Assembly (NCBI GenBank): GCA_965601925.1
Contig: OZ271854.1
Span: forward strand, 768,001 to 832,000
Source: Alkalispirochaeta sp.
GTDB taxonomy: Bacteria > Spirochaetota > Spirochaetia > DSM-27196 > Alkalispirochaetaceae
Direction of reading: 5' to 3'
DNA length: 64,000 bases
Under the pieces are notes generated by a model that ran no database searches, was not told the DNA's origin, and saw only the letters and a list, made by a program, of their open reading frames with translations. The position numbers were made by a program, and so were the translations under genes. Of this stretch, positions 1 to 8,947 are shown piece after piece (positions within the stretch are counted from its first letter, which is position 1; each line of letters opens with the position of its first letter).

Positions 1-289
1 CGGGACCGCTGAACTGCCGCGCAATGATGGGCTCGCCCTCGCCGCTGTACAGATAGAGACCCGGTCCGCCCTCCTCAAGCAGTTCGAGGTCGGCGTAGGC
101 GGAGAATATCTCCTCGGTGGAATCGGCACCGATACCGATCGCCGACAGCACCGTCGACTTGCGACGTTCTAACTCGTTGCGTTCAACCATATCGATCGTA
201 GAGGTGTGCGCCGCCGAAAGCAGTATTCCCATCGTAAACGTCACAATGAACGTAAACGCGATGACGTATACCATACCTTCTTTTTTCAT
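1..289 (-). CDS. NqrC/RnfG-like FMN-binding subunit, N-terminal part (runs off the window)
   Basis: Manual translation MKKEGMVYVIAFTFIVTFTMGILLSAAH...RNELERRKSTVLSAIGI...ARQFSGP: N-terminal TM helix followed by NqrC-like N..L.RK..VL.A.G and FSGP(GLWG) segments; G-rich SD upstream. Confidence 0.6.
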   Translation of the reverse strand, partial: MKKEGMVYVIAFTFIVTFTMGILLSAAHTSTIDMVERNELERRKSTVLSAIGIGADSTEEIFSAYADLELLEEGGPGLYLYSGEGEPIIARQFSGP

Positions 290-317
290 AAACACCCCCC
301 ACTCTTTGAATTGCATT

Positions 318-376
318 GTACCGTACCGGACGGTACCGGTGTACTGAATAGTACAATTCATGAGTGGGATGGTCAA
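318..376 (-). promoter_or_regulatory. sigma70-like promoter (TTGACC-N17-TACTAT) with downstream operator palindrome GTACCGT-N5-ACGGTAC
   Basis: -35 at 376-371 and -10 at 353-348 on the minus strand; inverted repeat at 318-336. Confidence 0.6.
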
Positions 377-408
377 GTTTTTTCGTTCCGGGAAAATATA
401 CTCGTCTT

Positions 409-852
409 TCAGGAGACGAAGATGGAGTAGAGCTCCTCGTTACTCTTCGCTTTGAGCATCCGCTTGCGTATCTTGTTGTCCTTTAAGAGACGGCTCACCT
501 CGGCCAGAAATTGCACGTGCGGTCCGGTACCGTCGCGGGGAGAGAGCGTCATCACGAATATCTGCGACGGTTTGCGATCCAGGCTGTCGAAGTCGACCTT
601 TTTTCGCGTCACACCGATGCACGCGACGAGCGCATCGACGGCATCGGTCTTCGCGTGCGGGATGGCGATACCGTGTTCCATGCCGGTAGACGTATTGTTC
701 TCGTGATCCAATACGTCGGCAAGGGCGGTCTCCGCGTCGGCCAGGCCGCCGTGCTCTACGAGGATCGCGATGAGCGATTCTATGACCGAACGCTTGTCGG
801 TCCCGGCCAGGTCGGTTGTCACAAGATCGGGTGTCAGTACCTCTCGAAGCAT
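409..852 (-). CDS. PTS EIIA (fructose/Ntr-type) domain protein
   Basis: STGMEHGIAIPHA phospho-His motif, DFDSLD, H.Q.LAEVSRLL. Confidence 0.9.
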   Translation of the reverse strand: MLREVLTPDLVTTDLAGTDKRSVIESLIAILVEHGGLADAETALADVLDHENNTSTGMEHGIAIPHAKTDAVDALVACIGVTRKKVDFDSLDRKPSQIFVMTLSPRDGTGPHVQFLAEVSRLLKDNKIRKRMLKAKSNEELYSIFVS

Positions 853-929
853 GTCAAACAGCGTAGTGGGAAGCGCATCATACGGTCAAGATTGGCCGCA
901 CCGGCAAATAGAGCGTATATTCAGGTGAA

Positions 930-1424
930 ATGGTAGCGTCGGCATTTCGATATGTGCGCAACGTGGTAGTGCTAACCGCGGTATGGGTCGTACTCAATGA
1001 GCGGCTCACACCCTCGATTCTCCTTGCCGGCGTCGTCGTTTCTGCAATAGCGCTTTTAACGACGAATCGCCTCATTCTCAAGGGAAGCTATCGACGGCAG
1101 TACCCATTTCGTCTCCGCAGCGCCGCGATGTACGTCGTACGTCTCGTCGTCGCGATCTACGTCGCCGGTTTTCACGCCGTGCGTCACATGATGACCGGCA
1201 ACGTAAGCGTGCGCGTCGTGGACGTTACGACGGACTTGGCAAACGATTTCGCCGTCTCGTTGTTGGCGAACTCGATCACCCTCACGCCGGGTACCGTTAC
1301 GTTGGATCGCGAAGGACAGTGCCTACGCGTACTGTGGCTCACCACCGAGGTGCCGGATCAAGAAGAGACCAACGCCCAGGTAAAGGGTCAGTTCGAGCCC
1401 CTTCTCCGAGAGGTGACGCGATGA
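930..1424 (+). CDS. mnhE: Na+/H+ antiporter subunit E
   Basis: LLANSITLTPGTVTLD motif. Confidence 0.9.
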   Translation: MVASAFRYVRNVVVLTAVWVVLNERLTPSILLAGVVVSAIALLTTNRLILKGSYRRQYPFRLRSAAMYVVRLVVAIYVAGFHAVRHMMTGNVSVRVVDVTTDLANDFAVSLLANSITLTPGTVTLDREGQCLRVLWLTTEVPDQEETNAQVKGQFEPLLREVTR

Positions 1425-1681
1425 CGTTTCTCCAGGCGAGTCTGATCGCCATCTTTCTCCTCTCCGTCGGCGGCATCCTCAGGATACTCATCGGACCGAC
1501 GGTGTGGGACCGACTCCTCGGCATGAGCTTGATCTCCTCGAAGATTATCGTCGCGATCGTAGTCGCCTCGGTTATCACCGATCGGTCGTTTCTGATGGAT
1601 ATCGCAATCATCTACAGCCTTCTCGGATTTCTGTCGAGCGTGCTTATCGCGCGCTTCATAGAGCGAAAGGGCGAGTCGTGA
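1421..1681 (+). CDS. mnhF: Na+/H+ antiporter subunit F
   Basis: GPTVWDR and DIAIIYSLLGF motifs; ATGA overlap with mnhE. Confidence 0.9.
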   Translation: MTFLQASLIAIFLLSVGGILRILIGPTVWDRLLGMSLISSKIIVAIVVASVITDRSFLMDIAIIYSLLGFLSSVLIARFIERKGES

Positions 1682-1989
1682 TCGTAGCACTCGGCAGAGC
1701 GTTAGTCCTGCTCGGACTTCTGTTTGTCGCCGCGGGCGTGTACAGCGTGTTGCGCTATCGCGAGTTCTACTCCCGCATCGTCATTACGGCCAAGGTCGAT
1801 ACGGTCGGCTTCATCACCCTCATGGTGGGGCTAATGCTTCTGGAAGGCGCGACGTTCGCCTCCTTGAAGGTGCTTATCATCATCGTGTTCGAGATGCTCA
1901 CCTCGCCGTTATCGACACACGCGATCGCCCATTCGGCGTACGCCGCCGGATATCGCATCGAACGCGAAGAGGATCGCGATGGGCGTTGA
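1678..1989 (+). CDS. mnhG: Na+/H+ antiporter subunit G
   Basis: FYSR...AKVDTVG and TSPLSTHAIA motifs; GTGA overlap. Confidence 0.9.
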   Translation: MIVALGRALVLLGLLFVAAGVYSVLRYREFYSRIVITAKVDTVGFITLMVGLMLLEGATFASLKVLIIIVFEMLTSPLSTHAIAHSAYAAGYRIEREEDRDGR

Positions 1990-2533
1990 CGCGATTCTCC
2001 TGTTACTGGTCGTGGTACTGGCGGCCGCGACGATCTGGACCCGCATCTTGCGTCACGCGATCGTGTTCGTCGGCGTATTTTCTCTGATCATTTCGTACCT
2101 GTATCTCTACTATGGAGCCCCGGACGTCGCAATCGCCGAGGCGGTAATCGGGAGCGGGTTGGTGATGCTCCTCTATCTGACGGCGATCAAGCGCTATCGC
2201 ACGTACACCGTGTGCGTCGTGGACGAGACGGTCGACCGCATCGAGGACGCGACGATCTACGACCTGTCGGTGTCGCGGCAAGGTCGGGTACTGGAGGAGA
2301 TCGAACGCTTCTGTCTCTCCCGTGAACTCGAACCGCAGATCGTCTTCACCCCCGAGACGGTGGAGTCGGTACAGCAGGACGGGCGCTACGACCTCATCGT
2401 CCGTCGCGAGGCCGATGACGTAACCGTGATGGGTCGTAACGATAACTTCCTGGTGGACGAGCTCGAAATGCTGTTCATTCTCCATTCTCAAGAGCTCTCG
2501 TGTTCCTTCGTGCGATTTGGAGAGGAACCGTGA
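1979..2533 (+). CDS. DUF4040/MbhD-like antiporter subunit with soluble C-terminal extension
   Basis: GAPDVAIAEAVIGSG motif, three TM helices then an acidic soluble tail. Confidence 0.8.
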   Translation: MGVDAILLLLVVVLAAATIWTRILRHAIVFVGVFSLIISYLYLYYGAPDVAIAEAVIGSGLVMLLYLTAIKRYRTYTVCVVDETVDRIEDATIYDLSVSRQGRVLEEIERFCLSRELEPQIVFTPETVESVQQDGRYDLIVRREADDVTVMGRNDNFLVDELEMLFILHSQELSCSFVRFGEEP

Positions 2534-2817
2534 TTCGATCGATTCTCGTTTCGTTGCTTGTGACGACGGCCTTTGCCGGCGTCATGTACCTCAGCATCGC
2601 TCACCCCGACACGGTCAATACCGGAGAGGTGACGCGCTACTTCGTGGAGAACTACGAGGACGATACCGGAGCGCGCAATGCGGTGGCGGCGATCTATCTG
2701 AACTACCGCGTCTACGACACGCTGTTCGAGGCGCTGCTCCTGCTGATCGCGATCGTCGGTATCGTACACTTCTTCAAGATCGGAGCGCCAAACATGAAGG
2801 AAAAACGCGATGAATGA
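2530..2817 (+). CDS. MbhE-like (MrpA/B fragment) antiporter subunit
   Basis: TGARNAVAAIYLNYRVYDTLFE motif. Confidence 0.85.
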   Translation: MIRSILVSLLVTTAFAGVMYLSIAHPDTVNTGEVTRYFVENYEDDTGARNAVAAIYLNYRVYDTLFEALLLLIAIVGIVHFFKIGAPNMKEKRDE

Positions 2818-3199
2818 ATCGCATAGCTTCGTATCCACGATGACGGGATTTCTCTATCCGTTCGTAATCGTCTTCGGGTTCTACGTCATTCTGAACGGGC
2901 ACAATACGCCGGGCGGCGGCTTTCAGGGCGGCGCTATTCTGGCCACTCTGTTCATCGGCCGCTTTATCGTTAATCCCCTGAACGATATCGACGCACACCT
3001 CCTCCACGATATCGAGCAGGCACTCTTTTCGCTCATCATCGCGGTGCCGGTCCTCTTTCTCTTCTATCAGGTCAATCGGGCGTATCCGGTGCTCAATGAG
3101 GCGTTTTTGGTGTTGATGAACGTGCTTATCGGAATCAAGGTGTGCCTCGGCCTCACGATCGTAGTGTTTCGGTTCGGCTTCGACGAGGAGTCGCAGTAA
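2810..3199 (+). CDS. mnhB: Na+/H+ antiporter subunit B
   Basis: GHNTPGGGFQGG motif. Confidence 0.9.
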   Translation: MNESHSFVSTMTGFLYPFVIVFGFYVILNGHNTPGGGFQGGAILATLFIGRFIVNPLNDIDAHLLHDIEQALFSLIIAVPVLFLFYQVNRAYPVLNEAFLVLMNVLIGIKVCLGLTIVVFRFGFDEESQ

Positions 3200-3200
3200 G

Positions 3201-3569
3201 ATGAACGTCATATCGTCAATCGGTCGCTACGTCACCGCCCAAAACGTGAGCATCCTCTTGTTTTTCATAGGTGTGCTGGGACTGGTGCTGCAAAAGAACA
3301 TTTTCAAGACGATCATCTCGATCAACATCATGGACGCTGCAGCGATTCTGTATCTCATCACCGTCAATTATATTCCCGGCAGCGTCCCGCCGGTGAGTCC
3401 GCACGGAGCGGGTCCGGTCGCCGATCCTCTGCCCCAGGCGCTGATGATAACGGCAATCGTGATCGGGATTTCGGTGAGCGCGGTCAGTCTGGCGATCTTC
3501 ATCAGTCTCTTTCGACGCTACGGCTCGGCGGATTGGGAGACGGTACTCAAGCGGGCATATAGCAAGTGA
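3201..3569 (+). CDS. mnhC: Na+/H+ antiporter subunit C
   Basis: DPLPQALMITAIVIG motif. Confidence 0.9.
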   Translation: MNVISSIGRYVTAQNVSILLFFIGVLGLVLQKNIFKTIISINIMDAAAILYLITVNYIPGSVPPVSPHGAGPVADPLPQALMITAIVIGISVSAVSLAIFISLFRRYGSADWETVLKRAYSK

Positions 3570-5176
3570 CGCTGTTATGGATACCGGTCCTCGCGCCCAT
3601 ACTCGTGGCGGCGGTCGGATACTACCTCCCTAGACGCGTGTTGCGCTACGTGCAGCTGGCGTTTCAACTCATTCAGGTGTCCTTGGTGACGCGTCTGGTG
3701 ATTGCGGTGCGCACGAGCGGGCCGCTCAGGACGGTGCTGGGGCTGTGGCCGGACGGAATCGGTGTCTCTCTGGAGGCCGACATCGTCGCGGCGGTCTTGG
3801 TAGCGCTCGTCGGATGGTTGTATCTCTTTCTATTGCTCTTCAACCACCGCAAGCTATACATGAATCGTCTCTTTCAGTTTCTTTTGGGTGCGTTGCAGGG
3901 ATTGCTGATCGCCATCTTCGTCTCCGGCGATCTATTCAATATCTACGTGCTGCTCGAGCTGTCCACGCTCGTGATCAGCATTCTGATCATGTACAAACGC
4001 GACAAGCAGGCGATTTACAACGGGATGGTCTACGTGATGATCAACCTGGCGTCGATGTCGTTCATGCTTCTGGGCGTGGGCATGGTGTATCGCGTCTTCG
4101 GGACGCTCGATCTTTCGCTCATCGCCGACGGAGTGCGCCGCGCAGGTGATCTGCGGGCACTGATCATACCCTACACCCTCGTGATGACCGCCGTGGGAGT
4201 GAAGTCGGCGTTGTTTCTGCTCTTTGCCTGGTTGCCCCCAGCACACGGTGCGCCGAGTGCACCGTCGATCGTGTCGGCAATTCTGTCCGGTCTCCAGGTG
4301 AAAGCGGGTGTATATCTCTTCATTCGGCTCCAGGCGATGTTCGCGCCTGCATTCTCCAACGAGACGTACTTTCTCATCATAGGGGTTCTCACCTCGGTTA
4401 CCGGCTTTTTGTTCGCAATCGCCCAGAAGGATATTAAGCTCATTCTCGCGTATCATACGGTGTCGCAGGTGGGCCTGATCATCGTGGGGTTGAGTGCGGG
4501 TACCAGCGAGGCGTGGTGGGGCGGTGTGTACCACATCGTCAACCATGCGTTATTCAAGGGACTCCTCTTCCTTACCGCCGGCCTCATCACCCACGTCTAC
4601 AAGACGCGCAACGTCGCAGAGATTCGCGGTGTCTTCCGGCGCATGCCGCTGGTCACTTCGGCGGCGATCGCCGGTGTGCTCGGCATAACCGGCGCGCCGT
4701 ACTTCAACGGTAGCGTCAGCAAGTACCTGATTCAATCGGGGTGGAGAATGTCCGCGGGCGAGATTGCGATTCACGTGATCAATCTGGGAACGGCGATCTC
4801 ATTCACAAAGTTTTCCACGATCTTCTTCGGTAAGCCGCCTGAGGCGGTACGTGCTCGTCGACGCCAACCCGACCCGTTCACTACGACCGTTGCGTTGATA
4901 ATGGGCGGCGCATGTTTGGCGGGAGGCGTCGCGGCCGCGCCGATTTTGCGCGCGTTGTTCGGTACGAACATGAGCGTCGACGGCGCCTACTACGCCGAGA
5001 AGACGCTCTTCTTTGCCGCGACGGTCGCTATTGCGGTAGCGACGTACGTGCTGGTCGTCAAACGCACCACATTATTCGATTCCATACGGCGTATGCACTT
5101 TGCATTCAACGATATCGTGGCGGGAGTATTGGTGTTCTTCGTCGCCACCGCAGCGTATCTGTACTTCACCGTGTGA
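3566..5176 (+). CDS. mnhD: Na+/H+ antiporter subunit D (copy 1)
   Basis: GDLFNIYVLLE, WLPPAH, HIVNHALFKGLLFL; NuoL/M/N-like membrane transporter. Confidence 0.9.
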   Translation: MTLLWIPVLAPILVAAVGYYLPRRVLRYVQLAFQLIQVSLVTRLVIAVRTSGPLRTVLGLWPDGIGVSLEADIVAAVLVALVGWLYLFLLLFNHRKLYMNRLFQFLLGALQGLLIAIFVSGDLFNIYVLLELSTLVISILIMYKRDKQAIYNGMVYVMINLASMSFMLLGVGMVYRVFGTLDLSLIADGVRRAGDLRALIIPYTLVMTAVGVKSALFLLFAWLPPAHGAPSAPSIVSAILSGLQVKAGVYLFIRLQAMFAPAFSNETYFLIIGVLTSVTGFLFAIAQKDIKLILAYHTVSQVGLIIVGLSAGTSEAWWGGVYHIVNHALFKGLLFLTAGLITHVYKTRNVAEIRGVFRRMPLVTSAAIAGVLGITGAPYFNGSVSKYLIQSGWRMSAGEIAIHVINLGTAISFTKFSTIFFGKPPEAVRARRRQPDPFTTTVALIMGGACLAGGVAAAPILRALFGTNMSVDGAYYAEKTLFFAATVAIAVATYVLVVKRTTLFDSIRRMHFAFNDIVAGVLVFFVATAAYLYFTV

Positions 5177-5324
5177 GGCGCCGGTGTGCCGCGAAAAGGG
5201 GCCGCGGTATGTCGATGAGCTCCGTTTTTCGCTATCTTTGTAGGATGAAACGCACCGTGCCGGCTCCTCCGTATGCACCGCAACGTCGCTACTCGACAGT
5301 GCGCCGACGGACGCGTAAACGCCG

Positions 5325-6953
5325 ATGATTCCCTTGTGGATACCCGCCGTCGCTCCGATACTCGCCGCGGCGGTCTTCTATTACCTCCCGCGAAACGCGA
5401 TGCGCCGCTGTATGCTCGCGTTTCAGCTGGTCCAGGTAGCGCTCGTCACACGCCTCTTGGTTGCAGTACGGGCGAACGGACCGATACGAACGATCATCGC
5501 CGGTTGGCCCGATAGCGTCGGGATTGCACTGGAGGCGGACATCGTCGCGGCGCTTCTGGTGTCTCTGGTCGCGTGGATCTACGTGGCGTTGCTGATCTTT
5601 GCCACGCGTAAGCTGTACGCCGACCGGTTGTTTCAGTTCCTGTTGGGCACGCTCCAGGGCGTATTGGTGGGTATCTTTCTATCCGGCGACCTCTTTAACA
5701 TATACGTACTGTTGGAACTCGCGACGCTCGTTACCGGCATTCTCATCATGTATAAGCGGAGCAAGCAGGCGATATACAACGGCATGATCTACATCATGGT
5801 CAACCTGTCGTCGATGTCGTTCATGCTCATGGGTATCGGCATGCTCTATCGCGTCGTCGGGTCGCTGGATCTGCTCCAGATTGCCGCGGCGGCGCAGACC
5901 GTCGACGGTCGTGCTCTCGTCGTGCCGTACGCTTTTTTGATTACCGCAATCGGGATGAAATCGGCGCTCTTCTTCCTCTTCGGCTGGCTGCCGCCGGCTC
6001 ACGGTGCGCCCAGTGCGCCGTCGATCATATCGGCAATCCTATCGGGCCTACAGATTAACACCGGCATCTATCTGTTCATCCGTATGCAGACGCTCTTCGC
6101 GCACGCGTTGGCAACCGACGAGCTATTTCTGATCGTCGGCACCCTGACCTCCGTCGCCGGCTTTCTGCTCGCCGTCGCACAATCCGATATTAAGTTGACT
6201 CTCGCCTACAGCACTATCTCCCAGGTAGGACTGATTATCGTCGGTCTGACCCTCGCCGATGAGACGGCGTGGTGGGGGGCGGTCTATCACATCGTGAGCC
6301 ACGCCCTGTTCAAGGTGCTCCTCTTTCTGAGCGCCGGGGTGATCGTCCACGTGTATCATACGCGGGAGATATCCGCGATTCGCGGCGTCTTCCGTCGCAT
6401 GCCGCTTGTCGCCGTGGCGATGGCGGCCGGACTCTTGGGAATCACCGGCGCCCCCTACTTCAATGGAAGCGTCAGCAAGTACCTCATCGGGACCGGATGG
6501 CCCGCCGGATTCGGCGAGATCGTCATGCATGTGCTCAACGTGGGAACGGCGCTGTATGCCGTCAAGTTGGCGACGGTGCTCTTCGGGCCCGTATCCGAGA
6601 GTGCACGGCAACCGACAACCGACGGCGCACAGGTACCTCGGCAGCCCGACCCGTTTACTACCTCGGTGTTGTTGATCCTCGGCGGTGCAGTGTTCGTCGG
6701 CGGATTCGCGGCCGGTCCGATCGTGCCGAACCTGCTCGGCGTAGCGCCATCCGTGGACGGCGCCTTCACGACGGCAAAGGCGATAACCTACGCCGCTACC
6801 ATGGTGGGTGCGCTCGTCATATACGCCGCGATCGCCCGCTTCGAGGCCCTACCCGAGCGCGTCCGTCGATTTCACTTCTCCTTTAACGACATGATCGCGG
6901 GAGTGTTACTCTTCTTCGGCATCACGACCGGATACCTGTACTACGCGCTGTAG
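5325..6953 (+). CDS. mnhD: Na+/H+ antiporter subunit D (copy 2, tandem paralog)
   Basis: Collinear with copy 1 along its whole length, same motifs. Confidence 0.88.
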   Translation: MIPLWIPAVAPILAAAVFYYLPRNAMRRCMLAFQLVQVALVTRLLVAVRANGPIRTIIAGWPDSVGIALEADIVAALLVSLVAWIYVALLIFATRKLYADRLFQFLLGTLQGVLVGIFLSGDLFNIYVLLELATLVTGILIMYKRSKQAIYNGMIYIMVNLSSMSFMLMGIGMLYRVVGSLDLLQIAAAAQTVDGRALVVPYAFLITAIGMKSALFFLFGWLPPAHGAPSAPSIISAILSGLQINTGIYLFIRMQTLFAHALATDELFLIVGTLTSVAGFLLAVAQSDIKLTLAYSTISQVGLIIVGLTLADETAWWGAVYHIVSHALFKVLLFLSAGVIVHVYHTREISAIRGVFRRMPLVAVAMAAGLLGITGAPYFNGSVSKYLIGTGWPAGFGEIVMHVLNVGTALYAVKLATVLFGPVSESARQPTTDGAQVPRQPDPFTTSVLLILGGAVFVGGFAAGPIVPNLLGVAPSVDGAFTTAKAITYAATMVGALVIYAAIARFEALPERVRRFHFSFNDMIAGVLLFFGITTGYLYYAL

Positions 6954-6980
6954 ATTGTCGTACGTAATCGCGACACGCAT

Positions 6981-7550
6981 CTACGCAAACCGTCCCTGTA
7001 AGAATCGATCGACATGACCTTCCGGATCGATGTCGGGGACTCGGTGCGCCCCGAACGCGCTACGGAGGAGGGTGGAAAACACCAACGGCCCGAACAGCGC
7101 AGTGATGCCGCTCATCGGCGCTTCCGGTCGCAGGACACCCTCGTCTTGGTATCGCCCCAAAAGATCGCCGATCCGTGAAAACACACCGAAGGGCGCCTCC
7201 AACGCGTGCACGAGGTTGGGGACGCGCTCGATCTCGGAGAAGATTACCAGCAATAGTCGGCTGTTGCGTACCGCCGCCGTCCGATACGTCGTCACGACCC
7301 GCGATAGATCGGCGCGGATATCGCCGGTGTACGTCGACGCACTCCGTAACTCGTTCCACGCCGGTAACGCCGCCACCGCCCGTTGTATCAACTCCTCTTT
7401 ACTTCCGTAGCGCCGAAAGAGCGTCACTTCGCTCATATCGGCCGCAGCCGCCATATGAGCGGTCGTCGCTCCGGTATACCCCCGCTCCGCTACAACCCCA
7501 ACTACGGCAGCATAGACCGCCTCGTCGGCAATAATCTTCGGCACTTCCAC
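6981..7550 (-). CDS. TetR family regulator
   Basis: GYTGATTAHMAAAADMSEVTLFRRYGSKEEL HTH. Confidence 0.9.
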   Translation of the reverse strand: MEVPKIIADEAVYAAVVGVVAERGYTGATTAHMAAAADMSEVTLFRRYGSKEELIQRAVAALPAWNELRSASTYTGDIRADLSRVVTTYRTAAVRNSRLLLVIFSEIERVPNLVHALEAPFGVFSRIGDLLGRYQDEGVLRPEAPMSGITALFGPLVFSTLLRSAFGAHRVPDIDPEGHVDRFLQGRFA

Positions 7551-7571
7551 CCCCTTCTTTCATCGTATCAT

Positions 7572-7630
7572 ATGAAAGTATTGACTTACAATAAAGCACC
7601 GCCTATGCTTATGTTAGTAATTACTAACAT
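7572..7630 (+). promoter_or_regulatory. Promoter TTGACT-N17-TATGCT with perfect 20-bp operator ATGTTAGTAATTACTAACAT and a degenerate second copy
   Basis: -35 at 7581-7586, -10 at 7604-7609, palindrome at 7611-7630, related site at 7572-7591; lies between divergent TetR and Fe-S genes. Confidence 0.75.
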
Positions 7631-7642
7631 TAGGAGGTCGCT

Positions 7643-8626
7643 ATGAAGGTGCTCAGTACCGTAAAACATGCGATTCAGTCGCAGATCATCAAGGTTCCGC
7701 TGGCGATCATGGACGGTGTAGAGCGAAGGACGCGAGAGGCGCCCGGCTCTATTCACGGCACTGAGGACTCACCCATGCGGTTCGATATCCTCCGAGAGGG
7801 GATGCGGCTGGAGGAGGAGCACCCGCCGGTCGCGGGGTTTCCTCGTACCGTTCCCCATATCATGGGAAGCATGCGGAACATCGTGAAATCGGTCGCCGAT
7901 TTTCGCAAAAATCCCGAGCGCGGGCGAACGACGATCGATCCCGAAGAGCTGAAGGAGTTGCGTACGTTTGCAAAAACGGTGGGGGCGGATACGGTCGGCT
8001 TCGCGAGGGTACCCCGTGAGTGGGTGTTTCGGAACACCGCAGTGCTGTACGATCGCGCCGTCGTGCTTGTGATGGAGATGGATAAACGGCGTATGGCCAA
8101 AGCGCCGAACCCGGACACGGCCGTCATGGTGCACGAAACTTACAACGCCCTGGGGCAAACCTCCAACAAAGTGGCCAACTGGCTACGCGAGCGCGGCTTT
8201 CGAACCCACGCCGGCCACCCCCTCTCGGGCATGGCACTCTATCCGCCGATGGCCGCCGCCGCGGGACTCGGCGCGCGGAGCTTAGCCGGCCTCCTCATCA
8301 CTCCTGAGTTCGGCCCGCGTGTCCGCCTCGCGGCCGTATTCACCGAGATCGAGAACCTGCCGGTCTATCAGGGCGACGATCACGACTGGATCATGGACTT
8401 CTGTAAACGGTGCGGTATCTGCGTCAAACAATGCCCGGCGGGAGCGATATTCGACGATCCGGTTCCGCACAAGAACGGGTTGTTCACCTGCGTCGACGAC
8501 GGAGAGTGCTTTCGTTACTTCGCCACGAACCACGGGTGCTCGGTGTGTATCAAAGTATGTCCGTTCAACAACCGCCCATACAACGAGTTGAAGGCTGCGT
8601 TCGAAAAGCACGGTGAGCAACGATAG
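7643..8626 (+). CDS. Reductive dehalogenase/QueG-like 4Fe-4S dicluster protein
   Basis: GADTVGFA, AGLG...GLLITPEFGPRVRL, FCKRCGICVKQCP and CSVCIKVCP; AGGAGG SD. Confidence 0.8.
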   Translation: MKVLSTVKHAIQSQIIKVPLAIMDGVERRTREAPGSIHGTEDSPMRFDILREGMRLEEEHPPVAGFPRTVPHIMGSMRNIVKSVADFRKNPERGRTTIDPEELKELRTFAKTVGADTVGFARVPREWVFRNTAVLYDRAVVLVMEMDKRRMAKAPNPDTAVMVHETYNALGQTSNKVANWLRERGFRTHAGHPLSGMALYPPMAAAAGLGARSLAGLLITPEFGPRVRLAAVFTEIENLPVYQGDDHDWIMDFCKRCGICVKQCPAGAIFDDPVPHKNGLFTCVDDGECFRYFATNHGCSVCIKVCPFNNRPYNELKAAFEKHGEQR

Positions 8627-8947
8627 GAGTCATACTCGCCGGAGTCGAGCGCTCGCCCACCGAGGCGAAGCGTGCCTCGTCCTCGCACCGACTTCGGCCT
8701 CGTTCAGTCCACAATCCGACGACCGTCGTCTTTTCGCGTTCGATCGAAACCGCGCGATACCGGCGCGATCCGTGAACATCTTCTTCCGTACGTAACCCTT
8801 GACGGAACGGAGTGTCCGGACGTCACGCTCATCCGTGCGCAGGCCGTGGAGGACGAGTTCACGCACGTCCGTCCACCGCGCGTACTCACAGCGGAATCGC
8901 AACAACGGTCAAGACGAAGGCGCGTAACGGTAGTACTTTTGCATTAG

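Noticed and set aside
290..400. Sodium riboswitch upstream of the NqrC-like gene
   Set aside because: Part of the apparent structure overlaps the promoter elements and the predicted leader is short; I cannot match a riboswitch consensus by eye
8630..8905. 91-aa minus-strand ORF between the Fe-S and AraC genes
   Set aside because: No recognisable motif or SD; may be a fragment but cannot be supported
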